A stretch of 64,000 nucleotides of DNA, taken from IMG/VR virus record IMGVR_UViG_3300042451_001197, positions 32,001-96,000 of that record. One strand, written 5' to 3'. The notes below the pieces were generated by a model. That model ran no database searches, was not told the origin of the DNA, and was given only the letters and a program-made list of their open reading frames with translations. Source of the stretch: a virus. Below are positions 1-9,799 of this stretch, one piece after another. The position numbers and the translations under genes are program-made. How positions within the stretch are numbered: position 1 is the stretch's first letter; every line of letters begins with the position of its first letter.

Positions 1-780
1 GAAGGTTCTTGGGATGAAAATCCTAGACCAAGGTATCTTGATGGAGCTCCAGCACATACTAAATTCATATCACAAGTATTTGAAGAATATGATATCTCAA
101 AAGACGAATTTCCAATACCTACTTTAAGAGATACTGCAATTAAGACTGGTATAAAAGAGATATTTTGGATATACCAAGAACAATCATCGTCACTTGATGT
201 CGCCCATAAAATGGGGATTAAATGGTGGGACGAATGGGATATTGGTGACGGTACAATTGGTCAAAGATATGGAAGAACGATTGCTAAATATCAATTGATG
301 GATAAGTTATTGAGTGGTTTAATGAAAGATCCGTTTAGTCGTAGACATATTATTAATATGTACCAGTATTCAGATTTGGAGGAAACAAAAGGACTTCACC
401 CTTGTGCCTACGAGATTATGTTTTCAGTTAGGAAAGAACAAGACGAATTAATACTTGATATGACACTAATCCAAAGGTCTAACGATTACTTAGTCGCGGG
501 TTTTATAAATAAAATACAATATACAGCACTTTTAATGATGGTTGCAGGACATTGTAACTATAAAGTCGGCAAGTTTTGTCATTTAGTTCAAAATCTTCAC
601 ATTTATGATAGACATTTTGACGCAGTTTTCGAACTCTTAAATAAAGAACCTTTGAATATTCAACCAAAATTAATTTTAAAAGAAAATAAAAATTTTTATC
701 AATATACAATTGATGATTTTGAAATAATCGGAACAGAAGGTGTTACTAAATTAAATTTAAAATTGGAGTTGGCAATATAG
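1..780 (+). CDS. thyA: Thymidylate synthase (5' partial; frame open from base 1)
   Basis: Frame 1 reads EGSWDENPRPRY...PIPTLR...KEIFWIY upstream of the tracked ATG; motifs WDEW, GQRYG, PFSRRHI, LHPCAY (catalytic Cys), QRSND, NLHIYDRH. Confidence 0.95.
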   Translation, partial: EGSWDENPRPRYLDGAPAHTKFISQVFEEYDISKDEFPIPTLRDTAIKTGIKEIFWIYQEQSSSLDVAHKMGIKWWDEWDIGDGTIGQRYGRTIAKYQLMDKLLSGLMKDPFSRRHIINMYQYSDLEETKGLHPCAYEIMFSVRKEQDELILDMTLIQRSNDYLVAGFINKIQYTALLMMVAGHCNYKVGKFCHLVQNLHIYDRHFDAVFELLNKEPLNIQPKLILKENKNFYQYTIDDFEIIGTEGVTKLNLKLELAI

Positions 781-819
781 TTTATCAAATTAATTCATAT
801 TTACAATAAAAGGAAAACC

Positions 820-2445
820 GTGAAAAAAATAATTTTCATACTATCATTCTTAATAAGTTGTGTCATTAATTCACAAGTTTCTTCCGTTTATACGTTTAGT
901 GAAACTACAGGCACATATACACCAATAACAGGTGGGGTTCAGTTGGTAACAACTACTGGTGGTGTCACATCATACGATACTGATGGTAGTAGTGTTACAT
1001 TATCAAGTGGTTCACAATTTGTATTTAATGGTTCAACCATAACATCTGTTAATATGACCGCGGATGGTTCATTGTGGTTAAATCCAACAACTACAACAAC
1101 AGGAAATGGGGTTACTGGCCCAATCTCTTCAAATAGTGGTGCGGCGGGTGTAATTTCCGCTTTGGGTATGGATTTAAGAAGTACCGCAATAAGTTCACAA
1201 CTCTATGAAAGAAGGTGGGAAGATTTAGGTTCAGAGGTAGTATTTCAATGGCAAAATTGTGCAAGGTATCTTCAAAGTAGTACGGAACGTTTTTCATTTC
1301 AAATTAGAATTGAAAAATCAACTGGTAATATTAGAGTAGTTTATGGTAATATGACAACTATCGCCAATAGTACAACATATCAACCACAAGTTGGTTTAAG
1401 GGGTACAACCAATGCGGACTACAACACAAGGAGATTGACAAACTCAGTTCCAGACGCTTCTCCAAATTGGGGAGCCCCTAATGGAACCACGGCCGGAACA
1501 TCAAATGCACATACTTGTAGATTCACCAGTAATGGTACTTGTTACCCAACATCAGGGTTAATTTTTATTTGGACATATACCGGTGCGCCTAACAATAACG
1601 ATTTTTGTTCAAATGCAACGACAATAACTACACCATATTCGAGCGGTATTGTTTCCACCATAGGTTCAACTTCTGATGTACCTAATAGTACGTCAAGTTG
1701 TGCCACTCAATCGAATAATGTTTGGTATAAAATAACGGGTACAGATAAGAATTTAATTGCTTCCACTTGTAATAATTCAACCAATTTTGATACGGAAATA
1801 AGAGTTTATACAGGTACTTGCGGGTCTTTGAATACTATGGTTGAGGTTGATTGTAATGATGATGAAGCGACTTGCGCTTATAGTACCGTTCAATCCGTTG
1901 TAACTTGGTGCGCAACTAGTGGTGTTAATTATTACATTTCAGTTGGTTACTTCTCATCTACAGGTGGTACTGGTAATTTTATATTGTCAGTCACCGAAAA
2001 TGGTGTTTGTGGTGCGGCATTACCAATTGAGTTATTAGATTTTAGTGGTAAATTTATTGAAAATTATAACTTATTAAATTGGGTTACGACATTAGAAATT
2101 AATAACGATTTTTTCACAATCGAAAGAAGTATTAATGGCTCTGATTGGGAATTTACCGATAATATTGATGGTTCCGGTAATAGTTCTATAAAAAAAGAAT
2201 ATAATTATAAAGATTATAAATTTGTCGATAAACAAATAAATTACTACAGATTAAAACAAACCGATTATAACGGAAATTTTAAATACTTTAATGTCATCAG
2301 TATCGATAATACTAATTTAAAAAAACGTCAATTAATTAAAATGACTGATATTTTAGGTAGACCTGTTTCATCCGAATATGTGGGAATTATTTTCCTAATA
2401 TATGACGATGGTAGTTATGAAAAAATAATTAAATTTATGAACTAA
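820..2445 (+). CDS. Secreted Bacteroidota-type surface protein with signal peptide, T/S/G-rich beta domains and T9SS-cargo-like C terminus
   Basis: MKKIIFILSFLISCVINS-Q signal peptide; LPIELLDF...W.T..EINNDFF.IERS...YYRLKQTD.NG domain; terminal TDILGR...YDDGS.EK. Confidence 0.75.
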   Translation: MKKIIFILSFLISCVINSQVSSVYTFSETTGTYTPITGGVQLVTTTGGVTSYDTDGSSVTLSSGSQFVFNGSTITSVNMTADGSLWLNPTTTTTGNGVTGPISSNSGAAGVISALGMDLRSTAISSQLYERRWEDLGSEVVFQWQNCARYLQSSTERFSFQIRIEKSTGNIRVVYGNMTTIANSTTYQPQVGLRGTTNADYNTRRLTNSVPDASPNWGAPNGTTAGTSNAHTCRFTSNGTCYPTSGLIFIWTYTGAPNNNDFCSNATTITTPYSSGIVSTIGSTSDVPNSTSSCATQSNNVWYKITGTDKNLIASTCNNSTNFDTEIRVYTGTCGSLNTMVEVDCNDDEATCAYSTVQSVVTWCATSGVNYYISVGYFSSTGGTGNFILSVTENGVCGAALPIELLDFSGKFIENYNLLNWVTTLEINNDFFTIERSINGSDWEFTDNIDGSGNSSIKKEYNYKDYKFVDKQINYYRLKQTDYNGNFKYFNVISIDNTNLKKRQLIKMTDILGRPVSSEYVGIIFLIYDDGSYEKIIKFMN

Positions 2446-2448
2446 TAT

Positions 2449-2772
2449 ATGTCAAAAAAAACCACAAAATATCAAAAAATAATTAAAGAGTGGAAAGATG
2501 CCACCACAAAAGAAATATGGGAAGGTATTAGAGATAATTTTATATTTGGTTTTATTGGAGCAACTCTAGTTGTTTTTATTTCAACAAAATCTGATTTAGC
2601 GGTCTTAATTGGGTATTTGACTTATTATTCATTTATGGGTAAAATAGTTAACCGACCTAAATATGTTACAGATTTGGGTAAATTAATAGTATTTCCATTA
2701 CCATCGGCTTTAGGGGCTTTCACAGGATATAAAGTTTCCTATATGTTAATAAAATACATTATGTATTTATAA
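2449..2772 (+). CDS. Small membrane protein
   Basis: ORF with 2-3 hydrophobic segments. Confidence 0.6.
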   Translation: MSKKTTKYQKIIKEWKDATTKEIWEGIRDNFIFGFIGATLVVFISTKSDLAVLIGYLTYYSFMGKIVNRPKYVTDLGKLIVFPLPSALGAFTGYKVSYMLIKYIMYL

Positions 2773-2779
2773 TTTTTAA

Positions 2780-3382
2780 ATGAAATTAAACACAAATATA
2801 CCTTATTTTAAATGTTTAGTTAAACAATCTTATTTTACTAAAAATAAAGAACACGAAAACATATATAATAATTGTTACGCTTTCGGAATTCAATCAGTAC
2901 CTTCTAAAATTTTAACATTTCACGTTATTACTGATTATGGTATGGTAAGATCAAGAGTCCCAATATCTGAAATATATTTAAAAGAACCTAAAAATGACGT
3001 TCCTTTTTATTTTAAACAACTTTGGGATTGTTTTGGTTATGATGTATCAATAACAACTTATGATTTTTTAAAGGAGAATAGATGTGAAGTTTTATTAAGG
3101 GATAAAACAAAGGTTTGGGCGACGTATATATTCACCGTTGATTGGTATGATAATCCTTTTAGTGATGAACCGTCAGATTATAAATGCGGTCATATTTTAG
3201 TGTCTGACGATGGTTATTTATTATGTATGCCAAATAACAGAATTTATTGGAGAGACTCTAATTGGGTAACTAAAGAATTTCCCGTATTACCGCAAGAAAT
3301 AAAAGTAGATACTGATTTACCTAGTGTTGAAAGTATTTCAGATAGATGGGTTTCAGACGACACAGATTCATTTTACTATTAA
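2780..3382 (+). CDS. Hypothetical phage protein
   Basis: 200 aa ORF in co-directional run; LWDCF, DWY, KCGH, PNNR motifs. Confidence 0.65.
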   Translation: MKLNTNIPYFKCLVKQSYFTKNKEHENIYNNCYAFGIQSVPSKILTFHVITDYGMVRSRVPISEIYLKEPKNDVPFYFKQLWDCFGYDVSITTYDFLKENRCEVLLRDKTKVWATYIFTVDWYDNPFSDEPSDYKCGHILVSDDGYLLCMPNNRIYWRDSNWVTKEFPVLPQEIKVDTDLPSVESISDRWVSDDTDSFYY

Positions 3383-3412
3383 AAAATTATTTATTATCTT
3401 TATAAAAAAACT

Positions 3413-3598
3413 ATGGAAAATTTGTATAACTACGTATTTTGGTACAATTCTTATCAAGAATTATGGTACGCAATCGAAACAACTAAGTACACCGAATTTA
3501 TGTCGGGACATCTCAGAGATGAAAATACTCTAACCTCAAATAAAATTGAGACTTTAATTGAGTTAATTAATAATCCGGCTCGTATACCTGAAGAATGA
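3413..3598 (+). CDS. Hypothetical protein
   Basis: Short ORF with A-rich leader. Confidence 0.55.
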   Translation: MENLYNYVFWYNSYQELWYAIETTKYTEFMSGHLRDENTLTSNKIETLIELINNPARIPEE

Positions 3599-3721
3599 TT
3601 TGGGATATTACAATATTAAAAAAAGTGGATGACCATTTCATTGTTATGAATGTTAATGGTGATACTCATCTAATAAACCGAGACTCTTTGAATGTCTTTT
3701 TAAGAAACGGAAGAGTTTCAA

Positions 3722-4402
3722 ATGCAAAAGAATTTGGTTTCGATGATAAAAAATAGAACACCTTATGTTGGTAAGATAAAACTATTATTTGAGAAACATC
3801 CTCATTATAGGTCGTCAGATAGTTTATTAAATAAAGTTCATTTTGATTTTGGTTTTACAAAATTAGTTAGTCGCATGTTTCCAAATAAAACTAAAGAGTT
3901 AGGTTGGGAAATAGATAAACGTAAAATAAACTTAATTAATAAAAACACAGGAGGATATATACGAAATTATATTCATAATGATTTTGTTTTAGAGAATTCT
4001 TTTTTGGGTGATAATGGATTATATATTGGAGACATCGAAACAGGATGGTGGTATTACAACAATAACTTTAAAGTTTGTGACGATTATCCAAAAGGAGTTG
4101 CCGAGGTTTGGAGGTTTGGTAAATTAGAAGGTTATTACGGATATACTCACAGGGGTGGTCAGACCTTTACTATTGGTGATAAATTATTTGACGAGAATTG
4201 GATTCCTACTTTTGATGAGTTAGATGAATATTGGATCGAATCATATGAACAATCAACAGGAATTGAGGTTAAAAATATTAACGATGAATTTTTAAGTGAG
4301 ATAGTTTCTTATATACCATTTAAGAAAAGAGGTTCTGTCACAATATCCAATTTTGAGGAATGTAAGCAATCCGCAATAAATATGTCAAAATATCTTTCTT
4401 AG
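3722..4402 (+). CDS. Hypothetical protein (start may be 3743)
   Basis: 226 aa ORF; YGYTHRGG..F.IGD.LF motif. Confidence 0.6.
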   Translation: MQKNLVSMIKNRTPYVGKIKLLFEKHPHYRSSDSLLNKVHFDFGFTKLVSRMFPNKTKELGWEIDKRKINLINKNTGGYIRNYIHNDFVLENSFLGDNGLYIGDIETGWWYYNNNFKVCDDYPKGVAEVWRFGKLEGYYGYTHRGGQTFTIGDKLFDENWIPTFDELDEYWIESYEQSTGIEVKNINDEFLSEIVSYIPFKKRGSVTISNFEECKQSAINMSKYLS

Positions 4403-4415
4403 ATATTTATTATTT

Positions 4416-4805
4416 ATGAAGGTAACCATAATTCATAAACAATCCGGAATTCCTGAAAAACAATATAAATTTTACGATAAGTTTATTGAGTTTTTACAGG
4501 AAGAAATTCCATTACGAGAAGATTTAACAATTTTATTTATCTCTGAAAGATTTGGTAGTATGACAACAGGAAGTAGAGATGAAAAGGGTAGATTACGTAT
4601 TCTAACTAAAAATAGAATAAATAGAGATATATTTAGAACTATCGCTCACGAATGGGTTCACGAAAATCAAATGAAGGTTTTAAAAAGAAAAAAAGGACCT
4701 GATATTGGTGGTCAAAATGAAGATGAGGCGAATGCCAAAGCCGGAAGTTTAATCAAGAAATTTGAAAAAAGACACCCAAATTTAGAAAAATTAATGTACG
4801 CCTAA
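4416..4805 (+). CDS. Putative zincin-like metallopeptidase
   Basis: TIAHEWVH plus downstream EDEANA glutamate; TATTTAT motif upstream. Confidence 0.6.
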   Translation: MKVTIIHKQSGIPEKQYKFYDKFIEFLQEEIPLREDLTILFISERFGSMTTGSRDEKGRLRILTKNRINRDIFRTIAHEWVHENQMKVLKRKKGPDIGGQNEDEANAKAGSLIKKFEKRHPNLEKLMYA

Positions 4806-4827
4806 ATCAATAGACGTACAATTTAAT

Positions 4828-5259
4828 TTAAGCAATTCCGACCACTTCTAAATCAAAGATTAGTTTTTTACCCGCCAAAGGATGGTTAGCATCTACGATA
4901 ACACTTTCATCTTTTACCTCAATTATTTTAACCATAATCGGTCCTTGAGGACCATTGCCTTGTAAGGTATCACCAACTTTTGGATTTTCAGGTATTTGAT
5001 TCTTAGGGACTTCAGCAGTCATCTCAATCAAATACTCTCCATAAGCGTCAGAAGGATTAATTTCGATGGTCTTCTTCTCACCTTCAGTCATTTCCAAAAG
5101 ACCATTTTCAAAACCAGGAATTAATTGCCCTTCACCGATTTTTGATTCCAAAGGATCCCTACCTTCAATCATAGAAGTATCGAAAATTGTTCCGTCTTCT
5201 AATCTACCTGTGTAATTCACCTTTACGGTGTCTCCATTTTTTATTTTTTTCATTTCCAT
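4828..5259 (-). CDS. FKBP-type peptidyl-prolyl isomerase (SlyD/FkpB-like, no His tail)
   Basis: V.VNYTGRLEDGTIFDTS, GQLIPGFE, DAYGE, VDANHPLAGKKLIFD. Confidence 0.93.
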   Translation of the reverse strand: MEMKKIKNGDTVKVNYTGRLEDGTIFDTSMIEGRDPLESKIGEGQLIPGFENGLLEMTEGEKKTIEINPSDAYGEYLIEMTAEVPKNQIPENPKVGDTLQGNGPQGPIMVKIIEVKDESVIVDANHPLAGKKLIFDLEVVGIA

Positions 5260-5348
5260 CTTTTTAGATAATTATAATAATAAAAAAAAGATAAATCAAA
5301 TTATTTTTTTAAAATAAAATTTTTATTTTTGTAACAAATATTAAAGAT

Positions 5349-5519
5349 ATGTCTAACGAAAAACATTTAGAAGAAATTTTACACGAATTACACATTAGAG
5401 GTTTAATAAACATTTTTAATGAAAAGATAAAAGATTTAAATTTTAAAGATGGTAGAGATAGATACTATACTGAGGTATTTAAAATTTATGAAGAAATCAT
5501 ATTAATTCAAAAGAATTAA
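5349..5519 (+). CDS. Small hypothetical protein (56 aa, below ORF-track cutoff)
   Basis: Manual translation MSNEKHLEEILHELHIRG...IQKN*. Confidence 0.4.
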   Translation: MSNEKHLEEILHELHIRGLINIFNEKIKDLNFKDGRDRYYTEVFKIYEEIILIQKN

Positions 5520-5769
5520 CTAACATAAATTTTTCCCCATAAAGACCTGTATATTTCCAAGATTCTTCCATAATATAATTAATACCATCATTCTGTATTA
5601 AATTAAAAGAATCTACGTCCTTAACGTGTAATGTACAATCTATGGAGTAATAATGCCCGTTTGTTGAGTATCTAACTTCATTTATGGTGACATACGAACC
5701 AGGTCCATATAATAGTTCAATATCTTCTTTATGAATATTATTTACCATTATCATCAAACACTTCTTCAT
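5497..5769 (-). CDS. Hypothetical protein
   Basis: ORF track. Confidence 0.55.
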   Translation of the reverse strand: MKKCLMIMVNNIHKEDIELLYGPGSYVTINEVRYSTNGHYYSIDCTLHVKDVDSFNLIQNDGINYIMEESWKYTGLYGEKFMLVNSFELI

Positions 5770-5825
5770 ATCTATAATTATAATGAAAAATGTTTATTAT
5801 TTAAATGAATAGATATTTATAAATT

Positions 5826-6155
5826 ATGAGATTTATTATAACAGAATCCCAAAATAATTTTCTATGGTTACTTAGAAGATTACACGACCCTGAAATTAAA
5901 GACCATTTAACTGAAATAGTTGTTGAGGGTCTTGATATCTATAACCCTTGTGATTATACTCTTGATGAGTATGTGAATATAATTGTAGAAGGTTCGGCAG
6001 AAACATTCATTCTATCTTATGAAGATAAATTTACAGGTAAAGAAAATATAGATTCATTACGTCAATTTATAAAAGAATTCATAATTGATAATTATGACAC
6101 TATCATATCTAAACATTACGATTTTATAATAAACGAATTCGATGATTGCGTTTAA
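5826..6155 (+). CDS. ITE-leader protein (paralogue of 16463 and 17318 ORFs)
   Basis: MRFIITESQ..WLLRR; ATATTTAT upstream. Confidence 0.65.
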   Translation: MRFIITESQNNFLWLLRRLHDPEIKDHLTEIVVEGLDIYNPCDYTLDEYVNIIVEGSAETFILSYEDKFTGKENIDSLRQFIKEFIIDNYDTIISKHYDFIINEFDDCV

Positions 6156-6264
6156 TTTACCATTATCCCCATATTTATAGATGGTAATATTAATATGATT
6201 TGATTTTTTTTAAAAATTAAATTAATATTTGTTTATAATAAACCTACGATATATATAAAAACAT

Positions 6265-6978
6265 ATGGGAAAGGATATGAGAGACCTACTTGATGGGTAT
6301 GGTAAAATATTAAACGAGTCCGACTACACTAGTCTTAAACGTAGATTATCGGGGGAATTATTTGCGGAAATTAAATCTCATCAAAAATCACAAATACAAG
6401 AAAGTTCACTTAATAGAATTTTACATCACGTTAGTGAACACGATTGTGCGGTCATCACCGCTTTTAGAAAAAAATTAATTAATTGTGTGAATGGTGAAGA
6501 AAGTGAAAATGTTTTAAACATTAAAACAAATAAAGGAAGAAATATCACTCTAAAATCCACATTATTGTATTTGGGTTATCAAGTTACTGAAGTTAAAGGT
6601 ACTTATATCGAAAATTATATGCAAGAAAATGAAGTTGAGGTTAAAGAAGATAGTTTTTTTGTGGTTAACTCTGATGACAATCCTAAATTTTCTCAAGATA
6701 TGTTTGATTTAGGTGAGTTATTTTGTCAAGATAGTGTGTTAATGTTCACAAATGGGGGTGGTAATAATTACTTGATAGGTACTAACAATTCCGATTTTCC
6801 TGGTTACGAACAAAAATCTCAATTAGGTAAGATTAAACCGGGAATGGAGGGTGAATTTATGACTAAAGTTGGTGGAAGACCTTTTATGACTGAAGATTTT
6901 AAAACTCTACAAATCAACACAAAAAAATTAGTTACCGAAATCGGTAGACCAATTGCTCAACACATAAGAAAAAAATAA
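6265..6978 (+). CDS. Hypothetical phage protein with xxE leader
   Basis: 237 aa; ILNE and QIQE then SSLNRI..H...HDCAVITAFR. Confidence 0.65.
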   Translation: MGKDMRDLLDGYGKILNESDYTSLKRRLSGELFAEIKSHQKSQIQESSLNRILHHVSEHDCAVITAFRKKLINCVNGEESENVLNIKTNKGRNITLKSTLLYLGYQVTEVKGTYIENYMQENEVEVKEDSFFVVNSDDNPKFSQDMFDLGELFCQDSVLMFTNGGGNNYLIGTNNSDFPGYEQKSQLGKIKPGMEGEFMTKVGGRPFMTEDFKTLQINTKKLVTEIGRPIAQHIRKK

Positions 6979-7032
6979 TTTTTTTATCATTTAAAATTTT
7001 GATTTTTCTAATTTATTTACTAAATTTGTTTT

Positions 7033-7251
7033 ATGGAATTTATAGAAATCAAAAACGAATTTAATTGGGTTATTAAAATCTTAAACTCAAGTAAGACTAA
7101 AGAACATATTTCGGCATCCGAAAAATTATTTGAAAATTTTATAAAAAAATGGGATTTTGAAATATCGGACATTATGAAATTAAAATATCAAAACGAGTTT
7201 AATTTACTAAAAAACGATAAAATTTCAGATTTATTTTTACAAAAAGTTTAA
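7033..7251 (+). CDS. Hypothetical protein
   Basis: TAAATTTG promoter element directly upstream. Confidence 0.55.
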   Translation: MEFIEIKNEFNWVIKILNSSKTKEHISASEKLFENFIKKWDFEISDIMKLKYQNEFNLLKNDKISDLFLQKV

Positions 7252-7287
7252 TTTTTTTATTTCAGAAATAATTTGTATCTTTGTATT

Positions 7288-7839
7288 ATGAAAAAAGTAA
7301 TTGAAAACATTGGACTTTGGTGGAAATTTGAGGGTAGATATTACCACAAAGATTTTGTCAATGGTATTAAAAATCTAATCAGATGGTTTCCAACTATTTG
7401 GAAAGATAGAGATTGGGACGACCATTTCATTTGGGAAATAATGATGAAGAAAATTACCTTTCAAGCCGATTACATTGGTAAAAGAGATTTTCATACTCGA
7501 GCTAAACGTGATGCTGAAATAATGATGACCTGTGTTAGGTTGATGGGTAAAGTTCGTGAAGAGTATTACCATATGGAATATATGGATTATCACGAGTCTA
7601 CATATGATTTTGTTGATTGTGATACACCAGGACATAAGGAATTGAAAATCACTGAAGTATCTGAAAACTTTGATGACTACTTCAAAAAATATCCAAGAAC
7701 TTATAAAAATATTTTGAGTGAAAATCCCAATGAGTCAAAAAGTAGAATTGCGTCATTAATTTCTATGGAAAATCATAGAAAAGCAAAAAGAGTACTGTTC
7801 AAATTAATGGAGAATAATATAGAGGCTTGGTGGGATTAA
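7288..7839 (+). CDS. Hypothetical phage protein (start corrected from 7273)
   Basis: TATCTTTG-TATT-ATG; WFP.IWKDRDWD and terminal WWD motifs. Confidence 0.7.
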   Translation: MKKVIENIGLWWKFEGRYYHKDFVNGIKNLIRWFPTIWKDRDWDDHFIWEIMMKKITFQADYIGKRDFHTRAKRDAEIMMTCVRLMGKVREEYYHMEYMDYHESTYDFVDCDTPGHKELKITEVSENFDDYFKKYPRTYKNILSENPNESKSRIASLISMENHRKAKRVLFKLMENNIEAWWD

Positions 7840-7875
7840 TTTGGTAAATTAAAATAAATTTTGTATCTTCGTACT

Positions 7876-8082
7876 ATGATAATAAACATAACAACCTTGG
7901 ATTTTTTTACAATTAAACGTACTGTAGAATTTATTAAATCTCAACCTGATTATGATAATCAAGGGGTTAGAAAATACGTTTTCGATAGAGCTAAAGAATT
8001 AGGTATTTCTATTAGGGAGTGTATTGATGACTTACAAATATCTGCAATTGATTTATATGTTGACAAAAATTTTGTAAATTAA
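7876..8082 (+). CDS. Hypothetical protein (start corrected)
   Basis: TATCTTCG-TACT-ATG. Confidence 0.5.
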   Translation: MIINITTLDFFTIKRTVEFIKSQPDYDNQGVRKYVFDRAKELGISIRECIDDLQISAIDLYVDKNFVN

Positions 8083-8105
8083 AATAAATTACGTATCTTT
8101 GTATT
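8072..8105 (+). promoter_or_regulatory. Representative Bacteroidota sigma-A-type promoter (one of about 30 copies)
   Basis: TTTG-N~19-TATCTTTG-TATT-ATG; also at about 7277, 18702, 24542 (+) and 34624, 45708, 57805, 59820, 60401, 61152, 62410, 63482 (-). Confidence 0.8.
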
Positions 8106-8795
8106 ATGAAAATCACATTTATATCCGACACTCACAATAAACACAATCAGATAACCAAAGATTTACCAGGTGGTGATTTGTTGATTCATGCTGGTGATAT
8201 ATCTTCGATGGGATATAAACACGAAATTCAACAATTTTGTAAGTGGTTTAATGGTTTAGATAATTACACTAATAAAATCTTTATCGCTGGTAATCACGAT
8301 TGGGGATTTCAAGACAACCCAGAACAAACCAAAGAAATTTTAGATTTCTATAAGAATATTACTTACCTACAAGACCAAATCGATATGATTGGTGAAAATA
8401 CTGAAGATATGATTAAGGTATGGGGTAGTCCTTGGCAACCTGAATTTTATAATTGGGCTTTCAATCTACCTCGTAATGGTGAGGAACTAAAAGGTAAATG
8501 GGATTTGATTCCTAATGATATTGATATTCTAATAACACACGGACCTGCTTGGGGTTATGTTGATAAAATTTTTGGTAGTCAAACTCCGTTAGGTTGTGAA
8601 CTACTGACCACAAAAATAAAGGAAATAAAACCAAAAATTCACGTTTGCGGACATATCCATAGCGCTCGTAATGTAGTTTTTGATGGAAACACTCATTTTA
8701 TTAACGCATCTGTATTAAATGAGAGTTATTTTTACGATTACAAACCATTCACGGTAGAATGGAATCCAAAAACAAATGAAATTGAGTTCCTGTAA
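8106..8795 (+). CDS. Calcineurin-like metallophosphoesterase (MPPED/239FB-like)
   Basis: SDTH, HAGD, AGNHD, ITHGP, GHIH motifs. Confidence 0.92.
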   Translation: MKITFISDTHNKHNQITKDLPGGDLLIHAGDISSMGYKHEIQQFCKWFNGLDNYTNKIFIAGNHDWGFQDNPEQTKEILDFYKNITYLQDQIDMIGENTEDMIKVWGSPWQPEFYNWAFNLPRNGEELKGKWDLIPNDIDILITHGPAWGYVDKIFGSQTPLGCELLTTKIKEIKPKIHVCGHIHSARNVVFDGNTHFINASVLNESYFYDYKPFTVEWNPKTNEIEFL

Positions 8796-8797
8796 AG

Positions 8798-8825
8798 AAA
8801 AAACCCCTCAATAGAGGGGTTTTTT
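8798..8825. terminator. Bidirectional intrinsic terminator
   Basis: AAAAAACCCCTC-AATA-GAGGGGTTTTTT between convergent genes. Confidence 0.85.
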
Positions 8826-8826
8826 A

Positions 8827-9423
8827 TTAAGACAATAATTTATAATATTCTTTAAAGTGTTTTATCCTGTCGGCAAGACCTATATTACCACCATTAACTC
8901 TTTTTGTTACTTGAGTTACCACATCATCAGTTGCTCCTTTATCGCAAATCGTCCATAACTTATTACTATCAAAGAAAAAGGCTGCGGATGATAACGGATA
9001 TTTGGTTGCAACTAAATCAGGATTAGATGTACAATCTTCACCAATAAATTTTGTAAATTTTTCATAATTCACCTTTCCGGTTAATTGTATAAAACCTCTA
9101 CCTCTAAATTTAAAGCCTTCCTTAGTTGTTTCATCACCATTACCCATTCTACTACCATACACTCTTGATGCAATTTTTTCGGGGTTTCTTGCGTAAGATT
9201 CCGCTAAATTACCAGGAAAGTATTTTGGAAAAATTTTCATAAGACCATCTTTAGAGTAATTTAGATTCTCAGACACCGCCTTAAAATTTCCTGATTCGTG
9301 AGCACATTGCGATAAGAAGTGCGCTAATCTAAGATTAGAGTTTATATTAAATTTACTAATTGCATCGGGTAATTCCTTCATAACTGATTCAGGAATGTGA
9401 CCTCTTAATTTTTCAATATTCAT
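8827..9423 (-). CDS. Glycoside hydrolase family 19 endolysin/lysozyme
   Basis: LAHFLSQCAHESG, ENLNYS, FRGRGFIQLTGK.NY, VTKRVNGG..GL.DR. Confidence 0.92.
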   Translation of the reverse strand: MNIEKLRGHIPESVMKELPDAISKFNINSNLRLAHFLSQCAHESGNFKAVSENLNYSKDGLMKIFPKYFPGNLAESYARNPEKIASRVYGSRMGNGDETTKEGFKFRGRGFIQLTGKVNYEKFTKFIGEDCTSNPDLVATKYPLSSAAFFFDSNKLWTICDKGATDDVVTQVTKRVNGGNIGLADRIKHFKEYYKLLS

Positions 9424-9424
9424 T

Positions 9425-9799
9425 TTATAAATTTTTTAAATATTCACTTAATAAATTAATATCCCAAGATATTTCGTTTAATATTTCTACCACATTACTA
9501 TCATCTCTATTGTAATAAAATTTTTCAGGGTCTTTAATTTCTTTAATTAAATTAAAGAAATAATCCTGTTGTTTAACAGGTATATAATTTTTTAAAGTGT
9601 TATATAGATTCTCGGTTAATATTATTAATAAAGTACCAATACTATAGGGGTATTCATTTTTTTGAATTTTCTCCGTAACCTCAATATACAATAGAGAAAT
9701 TATTCTAAACAAATTAGATATTCTCTCCTTTAATTCAGTATTTTGACTTAAAAGACCTGTAAATAATTCTTTTATAAAATTTATAATATCGGTCCACAT
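9425..9799 (-). CDS. Hypothetical protein
   Basis: ORF abutting the lysin. Confidence 0.55.
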   Translation of the reverse strand: MWTDIINFIKELFTGLLSQNTELKERISNLFRIISLLYIEVTEKIQKNEYPYSIGTLLIILTENLYNTLKNYIPVKQQDYFFNLIKEIKDPEKFYYNRDDSNVVEILNEISWDINLLSEYLKNL

